Notes under the pieces: model-generated
Told to the model about the DNA's origin: nothing
The model's database searches: none
Seen by the model: only the letters and a program-made list of their open reading frames with translations
Assembly: GCA_903831595.1 (NCBI GenBank)
Contig: CAIKXY010000005.1
Span: 839 to 64,838, forward strand
Reading direction: 5' to 3'
Length of the DNA stretch: 64,000 nucleotides
From: an uncultured bacterium
GTDB taxonomy: Bacteria; Patescibacteriota; Minisyncoccia; Phycocordibacterales; GWA1-40-21
Program-made: the position numbers and the translations under genes
In this document: positions 16,434 through 25,465 of the stretch, piece by piece
Position numbering within the stretch: position 1 is the first letter of the stretch
How the letters are laid out: each line of letters starts with the position of its first letter

Positions 16434-17579
16434 ATGTTAAATCATAAAACTGGTATAAAAAAAATTATTGAAAAAAGAACAGAACGGGGAAGTAGTTACC
16501 TAGATGTATTAAAATCGATATATGGAGCAGATCCAAGAGAGGTTTGGGAAGTATACAAAAAATATAATAATATAGGCGTTAAAAAAATTGGTATAACAAA
16601 TTATTATTTAAAATACCCTGAGCCCCACCCCGCTTATTCTCAGTGGAGAATTACTAAAGATTCAACAAAAATTATTTTATCGAAGATTTTAGAAAAAAAG
16701 TATAAGAATGTTTGTTTTTTAGGGTGCCCAATTTTAGGAATAGAATTTTCAAAATTAAAACAAGGCAATGTAAAAATTTTAGATATTGATAAGTATGTTT
16801 TGGATGAAGCTTCGAAATTTGCAGATGTAGTAATTTATAATATAAGTGGAAGTGTCCCAACAAAATTAATAAATAAATTTGAGTGCGTAGTTTGTGATCC
16901 ACCCTGGTATTATGATGACATCTCGCTTTTTGTTAAAAGGGCTGCTGATTTGGTAAAAACAGGAGGAACAATTTATTTATCTTTACCAGGTATTCTTACC
17001 AAACCGTCGATCATAGAAGAAAGGTTGAAATTTCAGAAATTGTTAAGCAATCTAAAATTGATAATAACAGAATTGCAATCTATTGTAGATTATGAAGTTC
17101 CGCCTTTTGAGTACATGGCTTATAGGGATATTCCTGCTTTTTCAGGTGAAGTGTGGCGAAAAGGTGATTGGGTAAAAATAAAAAAAAGTGGCAATGCTAA
17201 TACAAAAATATCAAATATATATCACGCACAAGATTGGGATGAATATTCTTATGGTAAAAAGAGAATTTTTATAAAAAATAAAAAAGAAACAGATAAATAT
17301 GAAAAACCAAAAATAATTTCTTTGATTCAAGGCAACATACTAAACTCAGTAAGCAAAAGAAACCCCATTGTTAAAAAAATAGATATTTGGACAACTAGAA
17401 ATGCGATTCTTAATATAAAAACGGGCTGGAGTGTTATAAAAACAATATTTGAAAATATTGAAAAAAATAATACTGAAATTATTAATGCAGTTTCTAAAAA
17501 GTATCATTTGAATACTAAAAAGGTTTGTTTGGAATGTACTGACACAATTAAACTTTTGAAAAAAATAATCACTATATAA
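16434..17579 (+). CDS. Putative SAM-dependent methyltransferase with DPPW catalytic motif (MT-A70/N6-adenine-amino-MTase-like), solitary
   Basis: Rossmann-like VCFLGCPILG ... KILDID ... VVCDPPWYYDD (motif IV D/N-PP-Y/W). No adjacent restriction gene. 381 aa with a ~200-aa uncharacterised C-terminal extension. Confidence 0.45.
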   Translation: MLNHKTGIKKIIEKRTERGSSYLDVLKSIYGADPREVWEVYKKYNNIGVKKIGITNYYLKYPEPHPAYSQWRITKDSTKIILSKILEKKYKNVCFLGCPILGIEFSKLKQGNVKILDIDKYVLDEASKFADVVIYNISGSVPTKLINKFECVVCDPPWYYDDISLFVKRAADLVKTGGTIYLSLPGILTKPSIIEERLKFQKLLSNLKLIITELQSIVDYEVPPFEYMAYRDIPAFSGEVWRKGDWVKIKKSGNANTKISNIYHAQDWDEYSYGKKRIFIKNKKETDKYEKPKIISLIQGNILNSVSKRNPIVKKIDIWTTRNAILNIKTGWSVIKTIFENIEKNNTEIINAVSKKYHLNTKKVCLECTDTIKLLKKIITI

Positions 17580-17603
17580 TTTTTCGGCTTTTTAATGTGC
17601 AAG

Positions 17604-17638
17604 AGAAAATCCTATCACCCTCTTTGCACCAGCTTCGC
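17604..17638. repeat. Direct repeat copy 1 (35 bp perfect): duplicated 3' end of comFC
   Basis: agaaaatcctatcaccctctttgcaccagcttcgc is identical to 21718..21752. On the minus strand the surrounding ~70 nt read VSKTLSEAGAKRVIGFSLAH* after an in-frame stop, a pseudo-3'-end of comFC. Confidence 0.7.
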
Positions 17639-17787
17639 TCAAGGTTTTTGACACTTTACTCACCTATGATACCATTACAAATATAGAAGTCGAAAACCAG
17701 TTAAATCTAGCCATTAAGACACTGAAGAAAATAGTTAAAACATTGGAAGTAAATATATGAGATTTAGTAGATTAACTTTTTAAATAT

Positions 17788-20700
17788 ATGCGAGAAAGTT
17801 TTTCAACATCAGAACAATTCTTAAAAAAGCAAGCGAGGCAAGAAATTGAAGAAGGAATTGCCGAGTATTTGGCTTCGCCTAGAAGCAAGAATGGTATGCG
17901 CACCGAACTTGCTGAGACTTTTGAATTAGAAAGATCAGAACAACCACTTAGTCGTGAGGAGGTGGAAAAAGAAATAGAAGGTTTTGTAGGTAGAAATTTA
18001 GAAGTATTACTACCATTATTTCTGTCACAAGAACAGGACAACGACAAATTGATAAAAATTTTTGGTTTGATGAATAAAGAAATAGGATTATTTGGAGCAA
18101 ACTATTATATTCGTGAGAAAGATGGTAAATCAGCTATTTTTATAACTAATGAATATTATCCCGAAGGCACACTAGATGATGTAAGTCCAAGTGATTTGTT
18201 CGCTCTCGCCTATGCGAAAGAAAATATTCGAGTGGATTCAAAAAGAGAAACAGGAATATATGGTGGAATGACTCCCCATCGATATTATCTCAAGTCAAAG
18301 AAGCGCTACCTTTGTGTAAATGACTTTGGTATGCGGGTTTGGAATGAGGAAGAGGAAAAGATGGATCAGGGCGATATTACCAATGTCACGCCATTTATTC
18401 AAACAGTAAAACAACAAATAGATAGGATGGTAGAAAATCTTCAGGTTGTTTCAAATTTGGATTATGAAAAAATTCAAAAGGAATTACAAGAAGCCGCAAA
18501 ACAAACAGCGGGGGTGCAATACCTTGATGATGAACAACAACAGGTAGTTGATAGACGATTGCAAGAACAGTTAGTGCAGAATCTTGCTCGTCGTTTTGCG
18601 GAAAATAAAAAGGATATGGACTTAGTGCTTGGTGCAGTGCCAGCTCGAAAAGTTAGGGATCATTTGCATTTTAATTTTGATAAAATCGCAAAAAAATACG
18701 GTTTTGTTGGTAATGATCCAGAGAAAGACTATCAATCATTTGATCAAAATTCACCAAGACTAAATAAATTACTTAGAGAACCAACGGAACAGGAAAGGGC
18801 AGGTGTTTCTTTTGATTTTTTTTACTCTGATTTTTATCAGAAGCCGGTAATTGTTGCGGGACATCTAGATAAAGACTCGGTTATTTCAGAAGCATGTTCT
18901 GGGGTAAAAGAAGTTCTTGCTAGAAGAGCAGTAGAAAATGATCCAAAAACAAAAGAATTATTTGACCGTGCTCGTTGCAATAGGGGTGGTGGAAGCCCAT
19001 ATTTCTATCCCGACCATCAAATCTATGACTTTATTAAAACTGTTGGTATAGAACGTGCTCAACAAATATTAGAATCAGATGATAGGAATATCTCCGAACA
19101 GATGGCTGGTTTTGAAATGCTTAAAGCCATGAGATATGATATTTCTAAATTTGAACCTGATCAACTTAAAAAACAGCTTCATCAGGCGTACACCCTTAAA
19201 CGTTCCGGTCTGTTGCGTTATTTGGAAGAAAGAAACAAAACTAAAATAGAGCAAGGACTAGAAAAACTTGGAGCGAAAGCCGTTGGTAAACACTGGCTCG
19301 AGCTTATAGGGGTGCGAGGTGCACGAGATCAATTTCGAGAAGGTAAACGAATGTATTGGTTGGGGAAACAAGTTTGGATGCACAATCCAAATCGCACCGA
19401 AGAAGATCGATTTTATAAAAACGATTATTATGTAAAATGGGATAGATATGATTTGACGAAAGCCGATGTTTCCGAAGAAAAATTTAATGAATATATAGAA
19501 GAACAAAAAAGCATCATTGTTGCTCTTCTAGGGCAAGGCTCTGAAGGTGTTTATCACTATGGAGAACAAAAATATCAAGGGAAATCAGCGACACTTGGTC
19601 TGATTATCAAAGCACTCGAACAGGGGAATGATATTCGCGGTGTGGCTTTGGCACACGACAAACAACGCTATCTTGAGGGTATAATCAGCGGAAAAGTTAA
19701 AAACGATCTTGCATTTGCTACAGAAGATTGGCCAGAGGATTGGCATAATGTAGTCTCACCAGAAGAAATAAAACTTTATTACGAATATGCAAATGATTAT
19801 ATTTTGATTGACCCGAATGGTATTACAAAATATGCAGCATGGCGCGCAACCAGCGAAGGAAAAGAGTGGAATAAAGTTTTCAAAGAAACTCCAAAAGAAA
19901 AAAATGATTTAGATTTTCGTATTTGTCTGGGAACTCAAACAGAAGAAGTGCGTGGATGGTACAAGGGTGCCGCGGAACATGTTGGTGGTGAAGCAATGAA
20001 AAATTACCTTTTGCGTTTCAATACCACTCACGGAGCAGATGGGCGCACAGCAAATTGGCATGACGTACTTTTGTGGTGTTCTAATATTCAAAAACTTGAA
20101 GCTGGAGATGCAAGGTCAATTCTGTTGAGTATTGAAACAATGAATGACAATCAGGAGTTTATCAATCTCTTGCCTAGATACAGCAAAGATCGCGACTCGC
20201 TAAAAAACAGTGGACCAGTTCAGTCATTGCGTGAACTTAAAAAACGTATTTTGGCGATTGAATCAAATGTCGATCTCTCTAAATTTTCACCAGAACTTAT
20301 TTCAATTACTTCGGCGCCGGGTTTTAATCTTGTGGAACTAGAATCAATGTATAAAAGAGATGGTTTTCAAGATTTAATCGATGGTAAATTAGATAAAGAA
20401 CAGCCATTTCAACCATATTCAAGAACTTTTGCTGGGCGAGAGCTCACCGAAGCATTGCACGATGGACTAGGATCACAGAAACAAAAAATTAGAGGAACAG
20501 CAAAAGATCCAAAAGGGTTGTTTTTCGCTTTGAATCAGTTAGTAAAAGGCAGAGAACTTGGCGGTAAAAATATGACCGCGCTTGATTTGCTCAACTATGT
20601 TCCAATAGATTTAGAGGGGGATGTCATCCGTTTATTGCGTGAACAGCAAGTTGATATTGGTCCAATTGTTGAAGCAAAAATTCATGCGAAATCTGATCCA

Positions 20701-21660
20701 GAAGGATGGGTGTGCGGTAATTATACAGATTGTTGTATGCCGTTTGGTTCTAGCAATAATAATGATTACATGTTTAATCGTTCCACTCAATACTTTACGA
20801 TCAAATATAACGGCAGAATTGTTGCTCAATCAGTGGTAGTTGATTCTCGTGATCAAGAAAAGAATGAGGATGTAGTTGTATTGGACAATATTGAAGTTGC
20901 CAATAACTATAAAAATCTTTCACCATTGCTCTCAAATGTGTATCAAACATTTTGGACGGAATACACGAGTAAGGCGGTAAAAGTTGGCGCTGGCTATTCT
21001 GACTTAATTCCGCCTGGTGGAAAACTAGAACAAAATCACTATCGAGCGAAAACTAACCTTGGCTATTCCGACGCTAGAGGCTCGCAGATTTATGATCTTC
21101 CTAAACGACGAGGTGTTGAGTCAATGGATAAGGTGGTAACATTCGCAAATCTTTCTGAGAAAGATGTAGAACTTATTGCAGAGATGGAGTCAGAAGCTTA
21201 TCCTGAGGGTATGGCTCAAGGCAAGGAGCATATCATGGGTATATTACAAAAACAAAGGGATTTGGAAGTACCAGGAGCCGCTTCAAGTTTCTTGGTTCGC
21301 CAAGGGCGAGAGCCGGCTGGATATCTTTTAGTTTTGCCGGAAGAATCAGAGGTGAAAAGCGGTGAAAGAGTCGCTCATATCTATGACATGGTGGTCATGC
21401 CAAAGTTTAGAGGATCTTTGATTGCGCGCAAAATGATGGAAAGAATCATTGATGTCGCTTCTGCCTACGGGGTGGCCATTGAAGCGGAAGCACGAGCGAG
21501 TACATCTTACGCTTTGCTGATGAACGAACGGATAAGAAAATGGTTTGAGAGCAAGGGGCTTTACCTTACAAAAAACGAAAAGCTTCCGCAGTATCTTGGT
21601 GGCGAAGATTTTTACTTTGTTCGCTTTGAAAATAGGCAGAATCCAGAAGCGACAATATAG
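17788..21660 (+). CDS. Giant (1290 aa) cytoplasmic protein with C-terminal GNAT-type N-acetyltransferase module(s); cargo of the repeat-flanked insertion
   Basis: Single uninterrupted ORF. C-terminal ~170 aa (...IYDMVVMPKFRGSLIARKMMERIIDVASAYGVAIEAEA...) is a classic GNAT motif A/B. A second GNAT-like block lies upstream (VVLDNIEVANNYKNLSPLL...). The N-terminal ~1000 aa have no motif I recognise. GC visibly higher than the flanks. Confidence 0.6.
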   Translation: MRESFSTSEQFLKKQARQEIEEGIAEYLASPRSKNGMRTELAETFELERSEQPLSREEVEKEIEGFVGRNLEVLLPLFLSQEQDNDKLIKIFGLMNKEIGLFGANYYIREKDGKSAIFITNEYYPEGTLDDVSPSDLFALAYAKENIRVDSKRETGIYGGMTPHRYYLKSKKRYLCVNDFGMRVWNEEEEKMDQGDITNVTPFIQTVKQQIDRMVENLQVVSNLDYEKIQKELQEAAKQTAGVQYLDDEQQQVVDRRLQEQLVQNLARRFAENKKDMDLVLGAVPARKVRDHLHFNFDKIAKKYGFVGNDPEKDYQSFDQNSPRLNKLLREPTEQERAGVSFDFFYSDFYQKPVIVAGHLDKDSVISEACSGVKEVLARRAVENDPKTKELFDRARCNRGGGSPYFYPDHQIYDFIKTVGIERAQQILESDDRNISEQMAGFEMLKAMRYDISKFEPDQLKKQLHQAYTLKRSGLLRYLEERNKTKIEQGLEKLGAKAVGKHWLELIGVRGARDQFREGKRMYWLGKQVWMHNPNRTEEDRFYKNDYYVKWDRYDLTKADVSEEKFNEYIEEQKSIIVALLGQGSEGVYHYGEQKYQGKSATLGLIIKALEQGNDIRGVALAHDKQRYLEGIISGKVKNDLAFATEDWPEDWHNVVSPEEIKLYYEYANDYILIDPNGITKYAAWRATSEGKEWNKVFKETPKEKNDLDFRICLGTQTEEVRGWYKGAAEHVGGEAMKNYLLRFNTTHGADGRTANWHDVLLWCSNIQKLEAGDARSILLSIETMNDNQEFINLLPRYSKDRDSLKNSGPVQSLRELKKRILAIESNVDLSKFSPELISITSAPGFNLVELESMYKRDGFQDLIDGKLDKEQPFQPYSRTFAGRELTEALHDGLGSQKQKIRGTAKDPKGLFFALNQLVKGRELGGKNMTALDLLNYVPIDLEGDVIRLLREQQVDIGPIVEAKIHAKSDPEGWVCGNYTDCCMPFGSSNNNDYMFNRSTQYFTIKYNGRIVAQSVVVDSRDQEKNEDVVVLDNIEVANNYKNLSPLLSNVYQTFWTEYTSKAVKVGAGYSDLIPPGGKLEQNHYRAKTNLGYSDARGSQIYDLPKRRGVESMDKVVTFANLSEKDVELIAEMESEAYPEGMAQGKEHIMGILQKQRDLEVPGAASSFLVRQGREPAGYLLVLPEESEVKSGERVAHIYDMVVMPKFRGSLIARKMMERIIDVASAYGVAIEAEARASTSYALLMNERIRKWFESKGLYLTKNEKLPQYLGGEDFYFVRFENRQNPEATI

Positions 21661-21705
21661 AATAATCCTACCCAAAATCAGCTGTCGGGAAGCCGCTTTA
21701 GATTT

Positions 21706-22362
21706 CTAGTGTGCTACAGAAAATCCTATCACCCTCTTTGCACCAGCTTCGCGTAGAGTTTTTGAAGCTTCATTCATAGTAGTTCCAGTAGTAATGACAT
21801 CATCTATTAAAATAATATTTCTATTTTGTACTAATTCTTTATTTGCGTAAAAACATCCTTTTAAATTTTTTAACCTTTCATTTTTATTTTTTAACTCAGA
21901 CTGATGGGGTGTCTCTTTTATTTTTATTAAAGCACCAAGCACAATATCAAAATTTTTTCCTTCGTCAATTTTATATATTTCTTTTGCAATAAGTTCACTT
22001 TGATTATATCCTCGCTGTCTTAAATTATTTTTATGCATCGGTATTGGTATAAGTAGAGGATTATTAAAATTTGAGAACGCCATTTCATCTGTCACATTTT
22101 CCAAAATGAATTCATACAATAAATTCGAAAATTTATTCAATATCATCTTGTTTTTATTGTATTTTATGGCCCAAATAGCCTTTCTGGAAATTTTATTTTT
22201 ATATTGAAATATGGCTTTATATTTACTATTTTTTATTTCATTAGCTTCAGGAACACTATTTTGTATGTCCATTTCGGACATATTTTCTATTTCAACTATT
22301 CCAAAATCTTTTGGCAGGATTAGATCTAATATAGTATTTATAAATTTGATAATTTTCTCCAT
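21706..22362 (-). CDS. comFC: ComF family protein (ComFC-like phosphoribosyltransferase-domain competence protein)
   Basis: C-terminal PRTase motif IILIDDVITTGTTMNEASKTLREAGAKRVIGFSVAH; 218 aa; no N-terminal zinc finger. Divergent to the pil operon. Confidence 0.75.
   Translation of the reverse strand: MEKIIKFINTILDLILPKDFGIVEIENMSEMDIQNSVPEANEIKNSKYKAIFQYKNKISRKAIWAIKYNKNKMILNKFSNLLYEFILENVTDEMAFSNFNNPLLIPIPMHKNNLRQRGYNQSELIAKEIYKIDEGKNFDIVLGALIKIKETPHQSELKNKNERLKNLKGCFYANKELVQNRNIILIDDVITTGTTMNEASKTLREAGAKRVIGFSVAH
21718..21752. repeat. Direct repeat copy 2 (35 bp perfect), inside the 3' end of the intact comFC CDS
   Basis: Encodes REAGAKRVIGFS of ComFC on the minus strand. Imperfect homology with copy 1 extends another ~15 nt (AGnTTTTTGA). 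Confidence 0.7.
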
Positions 22363-22573
22363 CCCAGTACAAAATTTTACTTATTAATCTAGGCGACCTT
22401 TTGGTATTTTACCTTCGATTATTTTTAATAAATTGCTTGACCTATATGAATTTTTAACAGGACAGGTTTTGTTTGTTGAATGACTTATTTTCTATGTTAT
22501 AATATCATATATAAATAATGACAGACTAATTATTTTTTTTTAAATAATTTAAATCGTTCTTATATTTTATATT

Positions 22574-23689
22574 ATGAGCAATCCAATTTCAGATTTTTTC
22601 AATTCAATTTTTACACCAAAAGAGTCAAGAGTCCTTGGTATTGATATTGGTTCATCCTCAATTAAAGTAGTTCAACTTAAAAAAAAGGGTGGCAAAGCCG
22701 TTCTAGAAACATACGGGGAAATAGCCCTTGGTCCTTATGCAGGGACAGATCTTGGTAGATCAACCGTTCTTCCTCCAGAAAAAATCTCAGAGGCCATAAA
22801 AGATTTGCTAAAAGAATCAAACACTACAACAATTGATAGCGGATTGTCTATCTCAATCGGTGCTAGTTTTATTGTTTTTATAAAAATGCCTACATCTGAA
22901 CAGAGTCATTATGCCGAAATGGTTCCAATTGAGGCAAGAAAGTATATTCCAGTTCCAATATCAGAAGTTACACTTGATTGGTGGGCAATACCAAAGGATC
23001 AAGACACAGTATCAGAATTTCAAAATGGTCAAATAATTGAAGATGATAAAATGACCGAGATATTATTGATTGTTATAAACAATGAAGCTTTAAATAAGAA
23101 CATTGAAATACAAAAAAATGTTGGTCTACAAACTAGTTTTTCTGAAGTTGAAATTTTTAGCGCAATGAGAGCTGGGGTTGAGCCTAGTATTGCGCCACAA
23201 ATAATCATGGATTTTGGTGCTGGGAGCACAAAAGTTTTTGTTGTTGAAAGGGGAGTATTGAAAGCCTCACACGTCATCAATAGAGGTTCACAAGATATTA
23301 CCTTAGCAATATCAAAATCAATGAATTTATCATTTGAAGAGGCCGAAAAAATAAAAATTAGAGAAGGAATCGTAAGTTCAGATAAAAATGGAATATCTGA
23401 AATATCATCTATTACTATTGATTATATATTATCAGAGACAGGGAGATTTATTATGAATTATTACAAAAAATCTAATAAAAAAATCAGCAAAATTATTCTA
23501 ACTGGTGGTGGATCTTTACTTAGGGGACTAAGAGAAAAAGCACAAAATTCTTTTGAAACATCTGTTGAGGTAGCGGACCCATTTGCTAAGGTTGAATACC
23601 CAGCTTTTTTAGATGATGTGTTAAAAACTGCTGGTCCAGAGTTTACAGTTGCTATTGGTATAGCGATTAGGAAACTTCAGGATATTTAG
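22574..23689 (+). CDS. pilM: Type IV pilus assembly protein PilM (actin-like ATPase fold)
   Basis: RVLGIDIGSSSIKVVQLKKKGGKAVLETYGEIALG... is a PilM/FtsA-like N-terminus; 371 aa. Confidence 0.8.
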   Translation: MSNPISDFFNSIFTPKESRVLGIDIGSSSIKVVQLKKKGGKAVLETYGEIALGPYAGTDLGRSTVLPPEKISEAIKDLLKESNTTTIDSGLSISIGASFIVFIKMPTSEQSHYAEMVPIEARKYIPVPISEVTLDWWAIPKDQDTVSEFQNGQIIEDDKMTEILLIVINNEALNKNIEIQKNVGLQTSFSEVEIFSAMRAGVEPSIAPQIIMDFGAGSTKVFVVERGVLKASHVINRGSQDITLAISKSMNLSFEEAEKIKIREGIVSSDKNGISEISSITIDYILSETGRFIMNYYKKSNKKISKIILTGGGSLLRGLREKAQNSFETSVEVADPFAKVEYPAFLDDVLKTAGPEFTVAIGIAIRKLQDI

Positions 23690-23775
23690 TTGTCACTTAA
23701 TCAACACTTAGTATTGTATTGTTTTTTATTTTTAATGTATAATATACCTAGAGTAGAATCAAAATTCTTATATTT

Positions 23776-24390
23776 ATGGAACCAAAATATCAAACATCTT
23801 TTATTCCAAAAAAGCCAATAACCGCAACAGGACAAGTAAGGTCTGGTGGCACGAGTTTGTTATTGTTGGTGTCGATAATTATCTTTCTTGTATCTTTAGG
23901 TTTGGGCGGTTACGTACTATTAGAAAAAAATATCTTAATTCAAAAAATAAGCGCTGATCAAGCTACGATTGAAACAAACAAAAGCGGTTTAGTCTCCGAC
24001 TCCATAACGGTTGAAAGTTTGGTACAGTTAAATTCTAGAATAAATGTAGCCAAAGTTTTACTATCTAAGCATGTTGCTATTTCTCCAATTTTTAATTTTT
24101 TACAAACTGCTACGCTTAAAAGCGTAAGGTTTAAAAATTTTACTTTTAGTGCTGCTACCAAAAATACTGATGGCACGACAAAGATTTCTGTACAGATGTC
24201 CGGTGTTGCTAAAGACTGGGAAACAGTTGCGTCTCAAGCTGATGAATTTGGCAAAACAGACTACAACAAAATAATCACTGAGCCAAAAGTATCAAATTTG
24301 GGTTTAAATATTGATGGTAGTGTTTCGTTTTTGTTTACAGCTTATGTAACAACAGATTATTTAAAATATTCTAATAATATGAATAATTAA
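23776..24390 (+). CDS. pilN: PilN-like pilus assembly protein (single N-terminal TM)
   Basis: 204 aa; TM LLLLVSIIIFLVSLGLGGYVLL then a periplasmic domain; position after pilM. Confidence 0.5.
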   Translation: MEPKYQTSFIPKKPITATGQVRSGGTSLLLLVSIIIFLVSLGLGGYVLLEKNILIQKISADQATIETNKSGLVSDSITVESLVQLNSRINVAKVLLSKHVAISPIFNFLQTATLKSVRFKNFTFSAATKNTDGTTKISVQMSGVAKDWETVASQADEFGKTDYNKIITEPKVSNLGLNIDGSVSFLFTAYVTTDYLKYSNNMNN

Positions 24391-24391
24391 C

Positions 24392-24967
24392 ATGAACTTA
24401 ATCTTACCACTTATTTTAATAGCGTCATCAATTGCAGTGTTTTTTGGATATGTTGACCCAAATTATAAAGGTAATGGTACGCAAAATAGCTCCGATTATT
24501 CAAAAGCGGGTGTAGTTTTTTTGCAAAGTGAATTGACTAAATACAGTGATATATTAAATTCATCAACAAAAATTATTTCCCAAAGAGATAGTCTGGTTGC
24601 AAAGAAAAACACAATTAGTGATGCAAATACTTCAAGATTAGAAAGGCTACTTCCAAATAATATTGATAATATAAGACTTATTATTGAAATAAGCAAAATC
24701 GCTGAAGGCAGGAGTTTGACGGTCAAAAACGTTTCAGTAGGAGATATGGCAAAAACAACTAGTACAAACATTGGTCCTGACAACTCACTTTATGGAACAA
24801 TGTCGCTGAAGTTTACAGTAAATTCATCCTATAATAATTTTATTAATTTTTTACAAGACCTAGAAAGTAACCTTCGTCTGCTTGATATTACTGATATCAG
24901 TTTTACATCAACAGATTCTGGTTTTTATGATTTTAGTATAAGTTTAAATACATACTGGTTAAAATAA
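24392..24967 (+). CDS. pilO: PilO-like pilus assembly protein
   Basis: 191 aa; N-terminal TM; synteny pilM-N-O. Confidence 0.45.
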   Translation: MNLILPLILIASSIAVFFGYVDPNYKGNGTQNSSDYSKAGVVFLQSELTKYSDILNSSTKIISQRDSLVAKKNTISDANTSRLERLLPNNIDNIRLIIEISKIAEGRSLTVKNVSVGDMAKTTSTNIGPDNSLYGTMSLKFTVNSSYNNFINFLQDLESNLRLLDITDISFTSTDSGFYDFSISLNTYWLK

Positions 24968-25012
24968 AAGATAGACTAATGAATATAAGAATCAATAAAT
25001 ACAAATACAAAG

Positions 25013-25363
25013 ATGAAAAATAAAATAATAACACTGATAATAGCAATATTGATAATCCTGTTGGGGTATTGGTATTTAACAAAAACCGATGTATCCACAT
25101 CGTATTTAGTTGTAGATACGAAAACCGCTGATTCAATGGATGCAAAATACATCTATAATATCCTACAAAAAATGTCGCAAGTAACTCTAGATGACTCAAT
25201 TTTTTCTAGCAATGCTTTTCAGAGTTTAAAAGATAATACTGCTACTTTAGCCACACAACTTGTTGGTAGGAATAATCCGTTTGCTCCAACAGGTAATGAT
25301 ATAAGTATCCCAGGGCAAACGATACAAAGTGTTACGGCTTCATCATCATTGAGAAAACAATAA
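25013..25363 (+). CDS. Small membrane-anchored protein in the pilus operon (PilP-position; function unknown)
   Basis: 116 aa with one N-terminal TM. Confidence 0.3.
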   Translation: MKNKIITLIIAILIILLGYWYLTKTDVSTSYLVVDTKTADSMDAKYIYNILQKMSQVTLDDSIFSSNAFQSLKDNTATLATQLVGRNNPFAPTGNDISIPGQTIQSVTASSSLRKQ

Positions 25364-25465
25364 CGTGTTAATAATTTATTTATTACGGAATTAAGATACT
25401 TTTTTGTTATTGATTATCGTTTAATATCAGACTAAGTTACCAATCATTTAATTGTCTAAAACCAG

